Shown: positions 26,757-43,136 of the stretch, piece after piece | Position numbering within the stretch: the first letter of the stretch is position 1 | Layout of the letters: each line of letters opens with the position of its first letter | Translations under genes and position numbers: made by a program | Notes under the pieces: model-generated | Told to the model about the DNA's origin: nothing | The model's input: the letters and a program-made list of their open reading frames with translations, nothing else | Databases searched by the model: none | Assembly (NCBI RefSeq): GCF_002105155.1 | Contig: NW_019028995.1 | Coordinates: 434,001-498,000, forward strand | DNA length: 64,000 nt | Reading direction: 5' to 3' | From: Lobosporangium transversale | Taxonomy: Eukaryota

Positions 26757-27395
26757 GACGACGATGTTTTTATGGAAGTGAAAAATGTCTAGAAAGTTGA
26801 AGGCCTTAATGACTATAAATGGAGGCACTAAAAAAAAAAAAAGGAGTGAGGGAGAGACAAAAGCCACAATAATAAATATAGCCACGTGCATATTCATATT
26901 GGTGGCAACAATTACCAGGCCATGTGTGGATGTTAGCAGGTCGTATAAAAGGCACAGAAAGTGTAGTACTGATTGTTCCCGTTTTCGCTCACTCAGCGCC
27001 ATACGATAGCTTGACAGGCTGGCCGAATGCAGCTTGGATAAGCCTTTATAAAGAAAAGTCCCTAGAAACGAGACAACCCAGCTTTGCAAAGTAACGGACA
27101 TCCCTCAAAGAAGTAAAGTTTATTAAGTACTTTATTAAACATTCCCGAAAAAATTGAGCTAGTTTTCTACATGCTCTCCTCAAAGCGTTAAAGAGCAGTG
27201 TCCCAAATCACTGCATAAAAAAAAAATAAATGGATGGCGTTGCGAAGCGGCTAAAGCCCTATACATGAAAATGTCAAAATTACATAAAAAAGAGAAAAAA
27301 AAGAATGCTTGGGGAGAGCACGATAATAAACAAGAATCGCGCTATCCTTCACTCTCTTATGAACTTTGATTTTTGGGATCTTCGCTGCCATAGAT

Positions 27396-30427
<3,032 letters not shown>

Positions 30428-32158
30428 CTATAATCATGAAGTCAAAGGAGAGATGGTATTAGTCTTTTTCTCTATCACTAAAAGCGAGATTAGCTTGCAT
30501 GCTTTCAATTTAAACTCCTTCTAAGCTGTCCAAAACCAACTTTGTACCATTTTGGCAAACTTGAGATTAAAGACGAGTTAACGATGAGATTATAGTATGA
30601 AAGAGCTGAAGGTGAGGAGTTAACTTGTCTTGGGAAGAGAGGAAGCTGGTGTTTGTTGAGGGTAGATAGCTGCAACTTCGACAGATAATACTAGATGAAG
30701 GGACAGAGAGGGTATGGATATGGATGATTGCTTGGTAAGAAAAGTGACCGATGTGTGAAAGAAGGGGGGCTCGAAGCAGCCTTGAGAAAGGACGATGTAG
30801 GTACTCAGGACGAAATATCGAGGAGCAAGTAAAGTGCAGGTGAACGGGGAATAATGCAATGGATGGGGAAAAGGGAATAAAACAACTATGTAAGAGATAA
30901 GATGTTAAAAGGAAGAAAAGAAAGCAAAGAAGTAACAAAGAAAATAACAATGTTTTCAAACACCTGGCTTCAATGATCAGCTCGAGTTGGGCCACAACAA
31001 GAAATTAATGACGAGCAGATGAGTACATGAAAAAAAGGGGGGAGAGAGGACACCATCTACGCCATCCACTTTCGCAAAAAAAAACATACATCTATACAGT
31101 AAAATCCAGGACTTCTTGAAGCCAAGATATTGTCAAAGTAGACGAACAATTGCGACGACAGGCTAAATAGGTCATCCTCTAAATAAGAGATATCAAGAGA
31201 CATATCCATAAATCCAAACAGATGTGCCGACTGACTGTTTTGCAATGATGCTTTTCAAAAAAAAAATGCTGAGCCGTCTGTTTATACTTTATACAAATAC
31301 GGTTGCTGGCACAAAGGGGCTGTTAGAAGCTTCTCTCTTTCGGATGCTTGTCACGCGTTTTCTTTATTTTTACTCTCTCGTCATTTGGTCACCATTCTCC
31401 ACGGGTCGTGGAAAATAGGGGGTTGGTGTTCTTTTAAAATAATAAACTATCAAGCAATAATGACAGAGCAACGGACAGCAGAGTGCCAAGTCTAGACATA
31501 AAAAAAGACAGGGTTAAAGAAGACTGGAGCTGAGCTTAAAGGTCAACAAAAAGCATCATCCAAGTAATATCGCGTTTTAAAAGTAGATTTTCGTGTCCGG
31601 AATTGCTGTAAATGGGACACGTTTTTTTCTTTGAACCAGCCACACATTGAATACCGTTTGAGGTTACGCTCAACATGATTTTACTTTTGTTTTCAGGAAC
31701 AAAAGACGGCCTCCATCATCACCTGAATGCCAGAGCCTTCACACTGCGAACACCCTGCTGTCATTGACTCATTGCGGATTTGGATCCATCAGAGTCCTTT
31801 CAAGTCCTTTCCATCTTTTATTGGCATCAACATTAATACTTCACAGGAGCGGCAGCAAATAACTTTGCCATTCTTTTCTGTGGCTACCATCAGCAACAAC
31901 CCAGTCCTGGCCACTACAGAACATTCTATCCTTGTTGCAGCTGTCTTTGCTCTGTTATTTTTCTCTATTCTCGCTCTTCGATCCTGCCATAGTAAAATTG
32001 AAAAGTCTGAAAAGCATCAAAACATCAATAGGAATTCAGGTCGCCTTTATTCCGCAATAACTCCAGCTCATATAACAAAGAAACTAAAATCGAGACAACA
32101 GCCTGGCAGTATATTCACCTTACCACAGAATCGAGACAACACTAAGATATCATTACCT

Positions 32159-34317
32159 ATGCCTTCAACCGGAGCAACTGCATTAGCACAGCAGAAGCTC
32201 AAACACAATGAAGCGTATCATTTAATAGACACTGCATTGACCCATGATGGCAATGGCAATTATGCAGATGCGCTTGACTACTACAAACAAGGGATTCAAG
32301 TACTGAAGGATGCTCTCAGAATCCGTTATCTCACCGACGCAGAGTTTCAACAGTCCGAAGTGCTAGGACCCAAGATGCGTGAGAATTTACAAGCAGTTGA
32401 AGCTCGCGTCGAATACTTGGAACAACGCATGGGTAGAACAGCCACAAACAGCACAAGTATTCGACCAATCACTGATAACAAACAAACAAGCGCTCAAAAG
32501 CCATATCTTTCCTCGGCAGTCTCAAGCGTGATACAGGCAGTTGGATCAGCCATCACCCGAGGAGAAAGTATGCCAGTATCATCAATCGAGCGAAGTAACT
32601 ACGTACCTCAAGTCAATTTATCATCTCAATCATCACCAACACCGCCCAGAAAAGCCTCCACTACTAGTACAAATCCCATGAACGATGAGCCAGTGTTCAA
32701 TGTTGTAACAGCATCAAAGTCGACCTCCTACAGACGTTCAATTTCGGGTAGCTCAAGTGGAGGAGCCTCGGCCTCTAATAGCCTATCTAATCGGAGCTCC
32801 ATCTCACACAACTCTTCATCTCGAGGGGGGATATCAACACGGTCAGGAATGATAACAGGGGGGCGCAAACGGCCTGCTACAGTAGCCGCAGGAGGCACGG
32901 GAGGAGGCACAACAATGACAGGACAGTCCTCAGTCCTCGCAGACACAAAGAGTAAAATTTCGCGGCTGAAGAATATTGATACCAAACTCGCAAACATGAT
33001 CCTTAATGAGGTCATGATCGATGGTGCCGCAGTAACCTGGGACGACATTGGTACGAAAGCATTCAACGCTGAACATCTCTGATAATCGTTTTACTTATCA
33101 GTCTAATGACAATCCACCTTGTATCTCCTTTTTTTTATAAAAAAACCAGCTGGTCTCTCGTTTGCAAAACAAGCACTCAAGGAGATTGTTATTTTACCCG
33201 CGCTACGTCCGGAACTTTTTACAGGATTGAGAGCGCCAGCCAAGGGAGTATTATTATTTGGACCTCCTGGCACCGGCAAGACAGTAATGTCTTCAACCTT
33301 GACATATAATTACTATCTCGTGAATTTTTTATCAGACTTACAAACGCCTTTTTTTATTTTTATTTTTTTATTTCTTTTATTTTTTTTTATTTTTTTTTAG
33401 ATGCTCGCCAAAGCAGTAGCACAGGAGTCTAAAGCAACGTTCTTTTCCATCAGTGCCAGCTCACTCACATCTAAGTTTGTAAGCCTGTACAATATTAATG
33501 AAAAGTATCCAGAATTCACTGACTAACTACATATCGTGCTCTTGCTTTACCTAACATGAGTACTTACTTAATCCTCTCTCTTTTTTTTTTCTTAAAATAA
33601 AAATAAAAAAAGGTGGGAGAATCAGAAAAATTAGTCAGGACACTCTTTGCCATCGCCCGAGAACTTCAACCATCTGTCATTTTCATTGGTTAGTCGGCAA
33701 TATAGAAGTACTTTGTAGTTGAGCATCGATCATCATGATACAGAATCTAATACCGTCTACTTTTTTTTTTTTTTTGCCTTGCAACAGATGAAGTTGACTC
33801 TATACTGACTGAGCGTTCCGAAAGTGAGCATGAAGCCAGTAGAAGGCTCAAGACAGAGTTTTTATTACAGTTCGATGGCACAGGCTCCAATTCTGACGAC
33901 CGTGTTCTCGTAATGGGCGCTACTAACAGACCCCAGGAGCTTGACGAAGCTGCAAGGAGACGATTTGTAAAGCGTATTTATATCCCTCTGCCAGAGTCGG
34001 AAACACGTTGTGGACTATTGACAAAACTTTTAAGTGGACAGGACTACCATATTTCAGCTAAAGAGATGCAGCAACTTGTGATGCAAACTGAAGGATATTC
34101 TGGATCTGATTTGACGGCCCTGGCCAAGGATGCAGCCTTGGGACCATTACGGTCATTAGGGGAAACATTGCTTGAAACGCCTGCAGATCAAGTGCGGCCA
34201 ATCCTATACCAGGATTTTGTTCAGGCATTAAAAACGATCCGTCCTTCTGTTAGCCCACAAAGCCTGCAGGCCTATGAAGAATGGAATCGTGAATTCGGTG
34301 CAGGTATAAGAGGATAG
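32159..34317 (+). CDS. Spastin-like MIT + AAA ATPase (microtubule-severing family); may start further upstream at 31727
   Basis: MIT-like [13 protein letters not shown]....[30 protein letters not shown], Walker A GPPGTGKT, Walker [31 protein letters not shown]...YEEWNREFG. Confidence 0.9.
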
Positions 34318-34704
34318 AGTGATACAATATTTTTTTATCTTCATTATTTTTATTTGATAATGTTGAATATCGGTAACTGATGCTTGGGACTATAATACAG
34401 TCGAAACGGTCGTGGCAGTAACCAACCATAACCACATCGAGGATCGCTATGAAAAAAAATAACAAAGACTATGTGACTTTTTTTTTTTTTTTTTTTTTTT
34501 TTGAGATAAAAGATAATATGCACGTCTTGATAACACAGAAAATAAAATGTAAAAAAGTGAAAAAGCGATAAAGGAATTGAAAAGGGGAATGGTTGAGCAT
34601 ACGCCTCTTATCAAAACTTGTCAATAGTAATAATAAGAAATAAACCATTCTGTGTTAGGAACTCAAGACGATCGAGGCAAGGCCTATATAAACTGACCGC
34701 CTCT

Positions 34705-36247
34705 TTAGTGGTTGGGAGTAAGGTTGGAAGGATCAAAGCCAGGGAAGGGGAAGCTAGTGGCGAAGGCCTCAACTTCTTTGCGGAGCTGAGCAATCTCCTC
34801 GTTACCCTCCAAAGCTGCAACAAAGTCTTTCATCAACTTGCTGCCAGCCTTGGTCTGGACAGTAAGGGCGATCTGAACAGTACGGTGAAGGAACTCACCG
34901 ACCTTGACAAAGTCGTCCTCCTTGAAGGAACGCGAAGTCAATGCAGAAGCACCGAGACGAACGCCACCAGGGGTAACAGCAGAAACATCTCCGCAGACAG
35001 AGTTCTTGTTGAGCGTGATTGAGACCATGTCGCAGATTCGCTCAACCTTGGATCCGGTAAGCTTGTTTGGGCGAAGATCCCAGAGAATCAAGTGGTTATC
35101 AGAACCATCTGTGATAATCTTGTATCCATGTTTGAGAAGGGTAGCAGCAAGAGCTTTGGAGTTGGCAATGACCTGCTTAGCATATTGCTTGAATTCGGGG
35201 CTTGCAGCCTGCTTGAGAGCGACAGCAATTGCAGCAATGGTGTTGTTGTGAGGGCCACCCTGAATGGAAGGGAACACAGCTTGGTTAACTCGGCTTTCAA
35301 GGTCCTCGCCCTTCTCAACTTTAGCATCCTTGTTCTTGCGGAAGAAGATCAGACCAGCACGAGGACCGCGGAGGGTCTTGTGGGTGGTGGTGGTGACGAC
35401 ATCGCAGTACTTGAAGGGCGACTCAGCCTCTTGGCCGGCAATAAGACCCGAAATATGGGCCATGTCGCACATGAGGTAGGCGCCATGCTGGTCAGCAATC
35501 TTGCGGAAACGGGCGTAATCCCACTCACGAGGGTAAGCAGAAGCACCACAGATAAGTACTTTGGGACGGAAGAGCTTGGCATTCTCCTCAAGTCTGTCCA
35601 AATCAATAAGGCCAGTAGTAGAATTAACTTGGTATGGCATCGATTGAAAGTAAATCGAAGTGGCTGAGATCTTCTTCTTGGCAGTTTGATAGCCGTGAGT
35701 CAAGTGACCACCAGAGGGGAGGTCAAGACCCATAATGCGGTCCTGAGGCTGGATCATGGCAGTCAAGGCAGCAAAGTTGGCAGTGCTTCCAGAGTAAGGC
35801 TGGACATTGACTCCCCACTCTTCAGCCGAGAGACCAAAAGCGTCAAGGGCACGCTTGCGGCACAGCTCCTCGATCTGATCAATGTACTCATTACCACCAT
35901 AGTAACGGGCACCGGGAAGACCTTCTGAGTACTTGTTGGTCAAGGGAGATCCGTTGGCCTCCATGACAGCCTGAGAGGTAAAGTTCTGTTTGACAAAGTT
36001 GTATATCATATAAAGCATTTACTTTTAAACTTTGCACTTATGTGACCAATTTCCTTCTACCCTTCACGTCTTCCCTCTCTTTTATATATATTATTCCTGT
36101 CTGATGCACAAGACTTACCTCAGAAGCGATCAATTCAAGTCCTGAGAATTGGCGGTACTTCTCCTTCTGAATCAAGTTGAAGATTTCTGGATCCTCCTGC
36201 TCGAGAGGAGTGTTCATGCTAGCGTTCCAGGCGTCAACTTTGGCCAT
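34705..36247 (-). CDS. SHM2: Serine hydroxymethyltransferase (likely cytosolic), 2 coding exons
   Basis: [27 protein letters not shown]-lysine motif [12 protein letters not shown]. No mitochondrial presequence visible. Confidence 0.96.
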
Positions 36248-37684
36248 TTTTGTATTGGTATCTATTGAATGAATATAAAAGAATTAGCAAACTATGTCAA
36301 AAAAAAAAAAAAAAAAAAAGTCACATTGCGCGATATCTTGGGTGCTGAATGCATGCTCCTAGCAAGCAAGGGTGTATATCCAGAAAGGAAAAGGAGATAG
36401 AGGAAACGTGGGAAAGATCATTTATAGAATAAACAACAAATGTTCAGGGAAAGTGATCATCTTGCTGGCTCAGAGACAGGACTCGCGAGCTGAAGGAGAA
36501 GAATTAAAAAACGGATGGGACGCCACATATAACCATGATGACTCCTCCTGACACATGCGGGCAGATATTCGCGGGAGGGCGAGCGATGTGTGAACGATAA
36601 AACCCACATTAATCCTTTTCTTAAGAATCAATCGAGCTGCATTGGTACTGGGGATCACACATCGCGTGCTATATGTCCTTTTCCCTTGATAAACTCAGGT
36701 ACTCATGAAGGAAAACCACGATGGCGGGAAAAATATCGAGGCATCTTGAACGTATGGCATGAGTATATTTACCTTTGTCGCAAAGAATGAGGTGAGGAAA
36801 AGTATAATAAGGAACGAAGAGGAAGGTGAAGGATGGTGAAAAACAAAAGGGAAGAGAAAAGAGAAGAGAAGAGAAAGAAGAAAAATGTTTTTGCAGGCAA
36901 GTTAAATAAGGCAAATCGCAGACGAAAAAAGTGCGGGGTGTCTTTAACCTTAATGGACTTTCATCTTCTCAATTCATTCATAGTGACTCTTTGGAAAGCA
37001 TTTTGTTTGGCTACTGCTTGTGTTTTTTATTTTTGTTGTTTTGGTAGAAAGAGGCAGTCCCTATCGGTCATCGTTCGATATGATTGGCTTGTGAGAAATT
37101 GTACGTATCTAGCTCTTCGCATGCACTTTGTACGTGTACATTAAAAAAATGCCCGCTTTAGGCGATAGGGGAACAGGTTAAGGTACCGACATCATTGGGA
37201 TCATCGTTAATAAGCTGAATGGCTCCAGTAACATCCGAGAGACAAGGGATAGATGCAGAAAACAGTCCTATACGAGTTAGGTGCCCTCTCTTTTTACTTC
37301 TCCTAAAATGGTTCTTCTCTTCAACTTTCTCTTGTCTGATTACTTTTAACGATTTTAATTGAGTTCTTTTTTTAGTAGAGCAATTAAAGATTACAGTTTC
37401 AACGCTGAGAAAAACATGCTCTCTGATTATTATTATTTTTTTTCGGAAGGCATGGATGTGCTCTGTGCGTGATTGTCACGCAGGGTCATGCACTTATTCA
37501 GCTGTATTCTAATTTTTGATGCCATCTTTTATCCTTGCCGATCCGCCATGGATTGTAAAAAGAATGGTCTTAGTCTTGCCTTGGACTAATAATATTAACC
37601 ATTCATGGCAAATATTCAAAAGCACGCACCAATGTTCGTTCACATTGTGTTAGAAATAGCCACTTTTTTTTGTTGTCCGCTCGA

Positions 37685-37696
37685 GAAAAAATTTTC
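37685..37696 (+). promoter_or_regulatory. RRPE-like element (GAAAAAATTTTC) upstream of eEF3
   Basis: Matches the yeast RRPE consensus AAAAWTTTT about 240 bp upstream of a translation-factor ATG. Function in this lineage is inferred only. Confidence 0.3.
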
Positions 37697-37932
37697 CTTA
37701 TTTGTGTGACTGGCCATTTTGAACGGCCCCTTTAAAAAGACGAGGTCTTCGGGGATCATCTTGCTCTTTCCCTTTCTTTCTCCCCTTCACCCGCATCAAT
37801 ACCTGCTGGGATCTGGCATTACCTCCGCATTCCCTCTATATCCATTTCGATCCGCACCCTTCCATTCTTTTGCCAAACTAATATTCCCCTTTTCTCCCTT
37901 CCCGGTATTCACCCAGAACCCCTTATATCAAA

Positions 37933-40900
37933 ATGTCAGCTCCCCTTATTGATGCTATCGTCAAGGCTGAGAACACTGACCAGCGTCAGGTTGCTGCCGA
38001 TGCTCTTGCTGCCTTTGCCAAGTCTGAAGGGCTTATCAAGTCTATCGGAATCATCGAGAGCCTTTCACCCCTTCTCGAGAACAAGAAGTCCGTTCCCCAC
38101 CGTGAGGGCGCTCTTCTTGCTCTTGGCTCCCTAGCCAATGCTTTCGGTCAAGCTGGTGAGCCTTTCTTGATTCCTCAGATGCCAAAGGTCTTTGAGCTCT
38201 ACTCGGACAAGATGGTTCCCGTTCGTCAGGCTGCTGGGGTTGCCTCAAAGGCTATCATGGCTCTTCCTACCAGATATGCTGTCCGACTCTTGTTGCCTGT
38301 CATTTTCCATGCTATTAAGGAATCGAAGTGGTAAGCTTTGTTTAAGATCAAAGATCGTCGTATTTTGAGGAGCCTTGTTGGGTAGAACTAAGCATTCTAC
38401 TTATTTCGAACACCATGTTTAGGCAATCTAAGATTGGTGCTTTGGACATCTTGTCTGGTTTGACTCAGACTGCTCCACAGGTAAGCGCACAGATCTTCAA
38501 AATATCTGTGATTTCAGGGCACAAGGAGACAAGCACAGACAAACGTTGAAGGAACACAAATGTTCTTACCGCATTCCTGCATTCTTTCTCGATGGTTTAT
38601 TTTGTGTGTTTATAGCAAATCTCTGCAGCTCTCTCTGATATCATTCCTATCATCAGCGAGGCAATGTGGGATTCCAAACCTGAGGTAAGATTTTTTTTTG
38701 TGTGTGTCCCATCAGAATGCACACAGACCACTGAAACCTGAAACGCCCATCCGATATGGACTGTTGGAACCATCTGACAATATAGTGGAGCTCAACTACA
38801 TGTACTCTTGTACTATTATGGGCATGACAATGACTATTGTCTAAAATCATCACATCTATGTCAAATAAGCGGTGAAGATCACTGGTGTCTAACTTTTACA
38901 TTGTTTTCCCAAATTGGATTTACTTGTCCTTTTAGGTCCGTGAGCAGGCCACTAAGACTACTACAGACTGCTTCAACGTTGTTGGCAACCCTGATTTGAT
39001 CTCCTCCATCCCTTACTTGGTCGGATGTATCAACCGTCCCGAAGAAGCAGCTGAGTGCATTCACCAGCTTGCTGCTACTACCTTCGTCACCACTGTTGAG
39101 GAACCAACTCTTGCTATCATGTGCCCTCTTTTGGTTCGTGGTCTTGCAGAGCGCACCCCCTCCATTCAGCGTCAGACCGCTGTTATTATCGACAACATGT
39201 GCAAACTTGTTGAGAACCCCGCTCACGCCCAACAGTTCTTGCCCAAGCTCTTGCCTGGTTTGGACCGTATGATTGAGATTGCTGCCTCCCCCGAACTTCG
39301 CAAAGTCGCTGAGCGTGCTCGTGCCACTTTGGTCCGTGTCGGCGGTGGAGAGCCCGGTTCCAAGGACCAGGTCGTCACCATTGCCTACACTGTTACCTCT
39401 GCTCAGGTACTTGAGACCCTCAAGGCCAAGGCTACCTTCATCAAGGATGACTCCTTCTCTTCCGTCGTCCTTGCTTACATCTCAACTCTCTGTGCTGAAT
39501 TGATTGCTTCTCGCAACTTTGAGAAGGATGCTTGGATTTCTTCTATCGTTCCTTACCTCACTGTCCTTGCCTCCGAGTCTGAGGTTACTGGTTTTGCTGA
39601 AGATATCAATGCTTTCTATGTTGACTACGATGCCAAGAACGCTCTTTCCAACGCTGCTGCTGCTGATGTTGAGGAGGGTGAGCTTCTCTGCGATTGCGAG
39701 TTCTCTCTTGCTTATGGTGGTATGATCTTGTTGAACAAGACCCGTCTCAATCTCCGCCGTGGTCAGCGTTACGGTCTTTGCGGACCCAACGGTGTCGGAA
39801 AGTCGACTCTCATGCGTGCCATTGCTGAGGGCCAACTCGAGGGCTTCCCCTCGCCTGATGAACTTCGCACCGTCTTTGTCGAGCACAACCTCCAGGCCGA
39901 GGAAGCTGATCTTCCCGTCATTACCTTCATCTTTAATGACGAGAACATCAAGAACCTTGATAAGAAGGCTGTTGTCGATATGCTCGAGTCTGTTGGCTTC
40001 GACAAGGAGAAGCAAGAGCAAGCTGTTGGATCTCTCTCTGGTGGCTGGAAGATGAAGTTGGAGTTGGCCCGTGCTATGTTGATGAACGCCGATATTTTGT
40101 TGTTGGACGAGCCTACCAACCACTTGGATGTTACCAATGTCGCCTGGTTGCAGAACTACCTTACCTCTCTTACCAATGTCACCTCCATGATCGTTTCTCA
40201 TGACTCTGGTTTCTTGGATTCTGTCTGCACTGGCATTATTCATTATGAGAACCGTAAGCTCAAGAAGTACAAGGGTAACTTGTCCAAGTTCGTTGAGCAG
40301 TACCCTCAGGGCAAGTCCTACTATGAGTTGTCTGCTTCTCCCATTGCCTTCAAGCTCCCCGAGCCCGGTTTCTTGGATGGTGTCAAGTCCAAGGATAAGG
40401 CCCTTGTCAAGCTCCAGAACATTGATTTCGCTTACCCCGGCAGCACAAAGTTGACCATCACCAACATGTCTTGCCAAGTGTCGCTTAACTCTCGTGTTGC
40501 TGTCGTTGGACCCAACGGTGCAGGAAAGTCGACTCTCATCAAGGTCTTGACTGGCGAGACTATTCCCTCCGGTGGTACGGTTACCAAGCACCCCAACGTT
40601 CGTGTTGCTTATGTTGCCCAGCACGCTTTCCATCACGTCGAACAACACTTGGACAAGACCCCTAACGAGTATATCCGCTGGCGTTACCAGTATGGAGAGG
40701 ATCGTGAGATGAACAACAAAGCTACTCGTCAGATCTCACCCGAGGAGGAGGCTCAGATGAAGAAGTTCATTCAGTGGGAGATTAACGAGAAGATGGAGAA
40801 GCTTCAGATCGAGGATCTTTATGGTCGTCGTAAGGCTAAGCGCTCGTTCGAGTACGAGGTTCAGTTCGTCGGTCGCTCCTACGAGGATAACGCATGGATT

Positions 40901-41506
40901 CCTCGTGAGAAGCTCGAGGAATGGGGCTTTGATAAGGTTCTTCAGGCCTTCGACGATAAGGAGGCTGCCAAGGCTGGTGCTTGGACTCGCTCTTTGACTG
41001 CTGTTGAGGTCGAGAAGCACTTGGGTGATCTTGGTCTCGATGCTGAGTTCGCTACCCACAACCGCATCCGCGGTTTGTCTGGTGGTCAGAAGGTTAAGGT
41101 TGTTCTCGCCGCTGCCATGTGGTTGAACCCTCATCTACTGGTTCTCGACGAGCCTACCAACTACTTGGATCGCGACTCTCTTGGAGCTCTCTCTGCTGCT
41201 ATCAAGGAGTTTGGCGGTGGAGTTGTCATTATTTCCCACAACCGCGAGTTCACTGATACCGTCTGTGTTGAGAAGTGGTCTGTCAATGCTGGTCAACTTA
41301 CTGTCACTGGCAATAACTACACCCAGAAGAATTTGGAGAAGATTGTTATGAAGGAGGAGGAGACCAAGGTTGATGCCTTTGGAAACGTTGAGAAGATCAA
41401 GTCTACTCGCAAGCTCTCGCGCAAGGAGCTTAAGGATAAGCAGAAGCGTCGTGCTGCTGCCAAAAAGCGTGGCGAGGAGGTCTCTGATTCTGAAGAGGAC
41501 TTCTAA
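37933..41506 (+). CDS. YEF3: Translation elongation factor 3 (HEAT repeats, two ABC domains, chromo-like insert)
   Basis: GELLCDCEFSLAYGG, two Walker A motifs (GPNGVGKST, GPNGAGKST), two LSGG signatures, LLDEPTN, basic C-tail ending VSDSEEDF. Strong codon bias. Confidence 0.96.
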
Positions 41507-41696
41507 GCTCTATCACTTATCCCCTTTACACTGTTTCTCATCCCCTCTTGCATTGACCTGTTTGTAGATATCCTCCTCTTTTCTTATTGATAATAGTCAT
41601 TTTCTGAAATATATTTCAAAAAAAAAAAAAAAAAAGAATTGTAAATGATGTTTCCTTGAGCTGCTTTAAAAACATTTGCACAGCAATTATAGCCCG

Positions 41697-41868
41697 TTTC
41701 ATTTGGTCATGATACCTTATATTTTTTGAATACTTTCGAGTGTATTGGCAGCCAATTGGCTCGCTTGTTGCGAGTATTGTTGCAAGTCCGTCACGTAGTG
41801 AAATGCCACCAGAACAACTCAATCATCGTTTTTAGATTAAAAATATAAGGTATCATGACCAAATGAAA
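41697..41868. repeat. Perfect 30-bp inverted repeat with 112-bp spacer (MITE-like or hairpin)
   Basis: 41697-41726 TTTCATTTGGTCATGATACCTTATATTTTT is the exact reverse complement of 41839-41868. Confidence 0.9.
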
Positions 41869-43136
41869 TTGGCGATATCATCCTCTGTGCGGGCAATGGC
41901 CTTGCTATTATGCTAATGAATATCTTTATTAGTTCGCGGCATTATTCTTCATAATCTGTATTACGAGCTCGACGAATGTGACACGAAATTCAATGACGAC
42001 TGGAGACTGCAGTGAAAATTGATTGAATGGCATATGTGAACGGGAACCTTGCAGTTGCAACGCTCAAATTTGAAGGAAAAAATCAGGCCACCATTCCGTT
42101 AGCCAATAAATTTCTTGTGAAACATGCCTTGAGCAACAGGCTACCGTTAGACAAGCACTTTTAAACAAAAAGTTTGTGATACTAATAAATAGCGCCATGG
42201 ATCGAGCCACAGCACTGGAGCATTGGTCACAAGAAACCGTATGGAGCACATGTAAGATCTTCTGAATTGCGATACAAGAAAGCGACCTAGCAACGATATC
42301 AATAAATAAAAAACCATATTCTTCATATTAATACCATTATAATATAGCACTCTTTGAGTTGAAAATAAAAAAAAGTGCGTGGAGATCGAATGCGTAGGCA
42401 GGCCAGTAGGTGGAGATGGAGATGTTGGCACCAAGCTATCAAAGAGAAGATCCCCCACATGTCCACACATGATTACGAAACTTAAAATAAAATTTTAATG
42501 ATATATCATTACGATAACTATGGTTCGGTTGCACAAATGCATCAATATTGAATGCGGTTTAATATTTGCATCCATAATCACTCCATGTGTTTGCAGTCAA
42601 TAAGTCGCGTTATTGTTTTGTTATTAATCAAGGGAAGGACTGAATGTCTTTTGTCATATTTATATACATATACAAATATGCTATATTAGTAGCATAGCTT
42701 CTCACCATCCCCCTCTTAGAAAATCACCAGTGTAACATCAATGAGAATGGCGGTTATTTTTTCACTCATTCAAACTTTTTACTTTACAGCAACAGTGCAT
42801 TCCACAAGAGACGGTCAGTGCAATCACGATTGGCTAAAAAAAAAAAATTGCTCTCAAAAAAAAAAAAAAAAAAAAAAAGTACATGTAGTTCAGCACTTGC
42901 TTTGCTTACCTCTGATGAGAGATGAGAGCTATCGGCTAACTTTCACAAAGTTGTTACGGTTTGATCTAACCCTGCCTTGTGCATAATCCTATTAGCCAAC
43001 TCGATCAAAAACAGCCCATAAATCCATCTTGTTACCTCGGAATGTTTATATAAATACCTCCATGTCCTCTCAGCTCCTCATCACTCTTTTCTCTTCACAT
43101 ACATCTCCCTTTCTCTCCAAACTTATTACACTCAAC

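Noticed and set aside
38685..38934. Possible intronic snoRNA in the longest eEF3 intron (small GACAAT/ATTGTC stem, ACA motif)
   Set aside because: No clear C/D boxes and no convincing two-hairpin H/ACA structure by eye; needs an Infernal/snoReport search.
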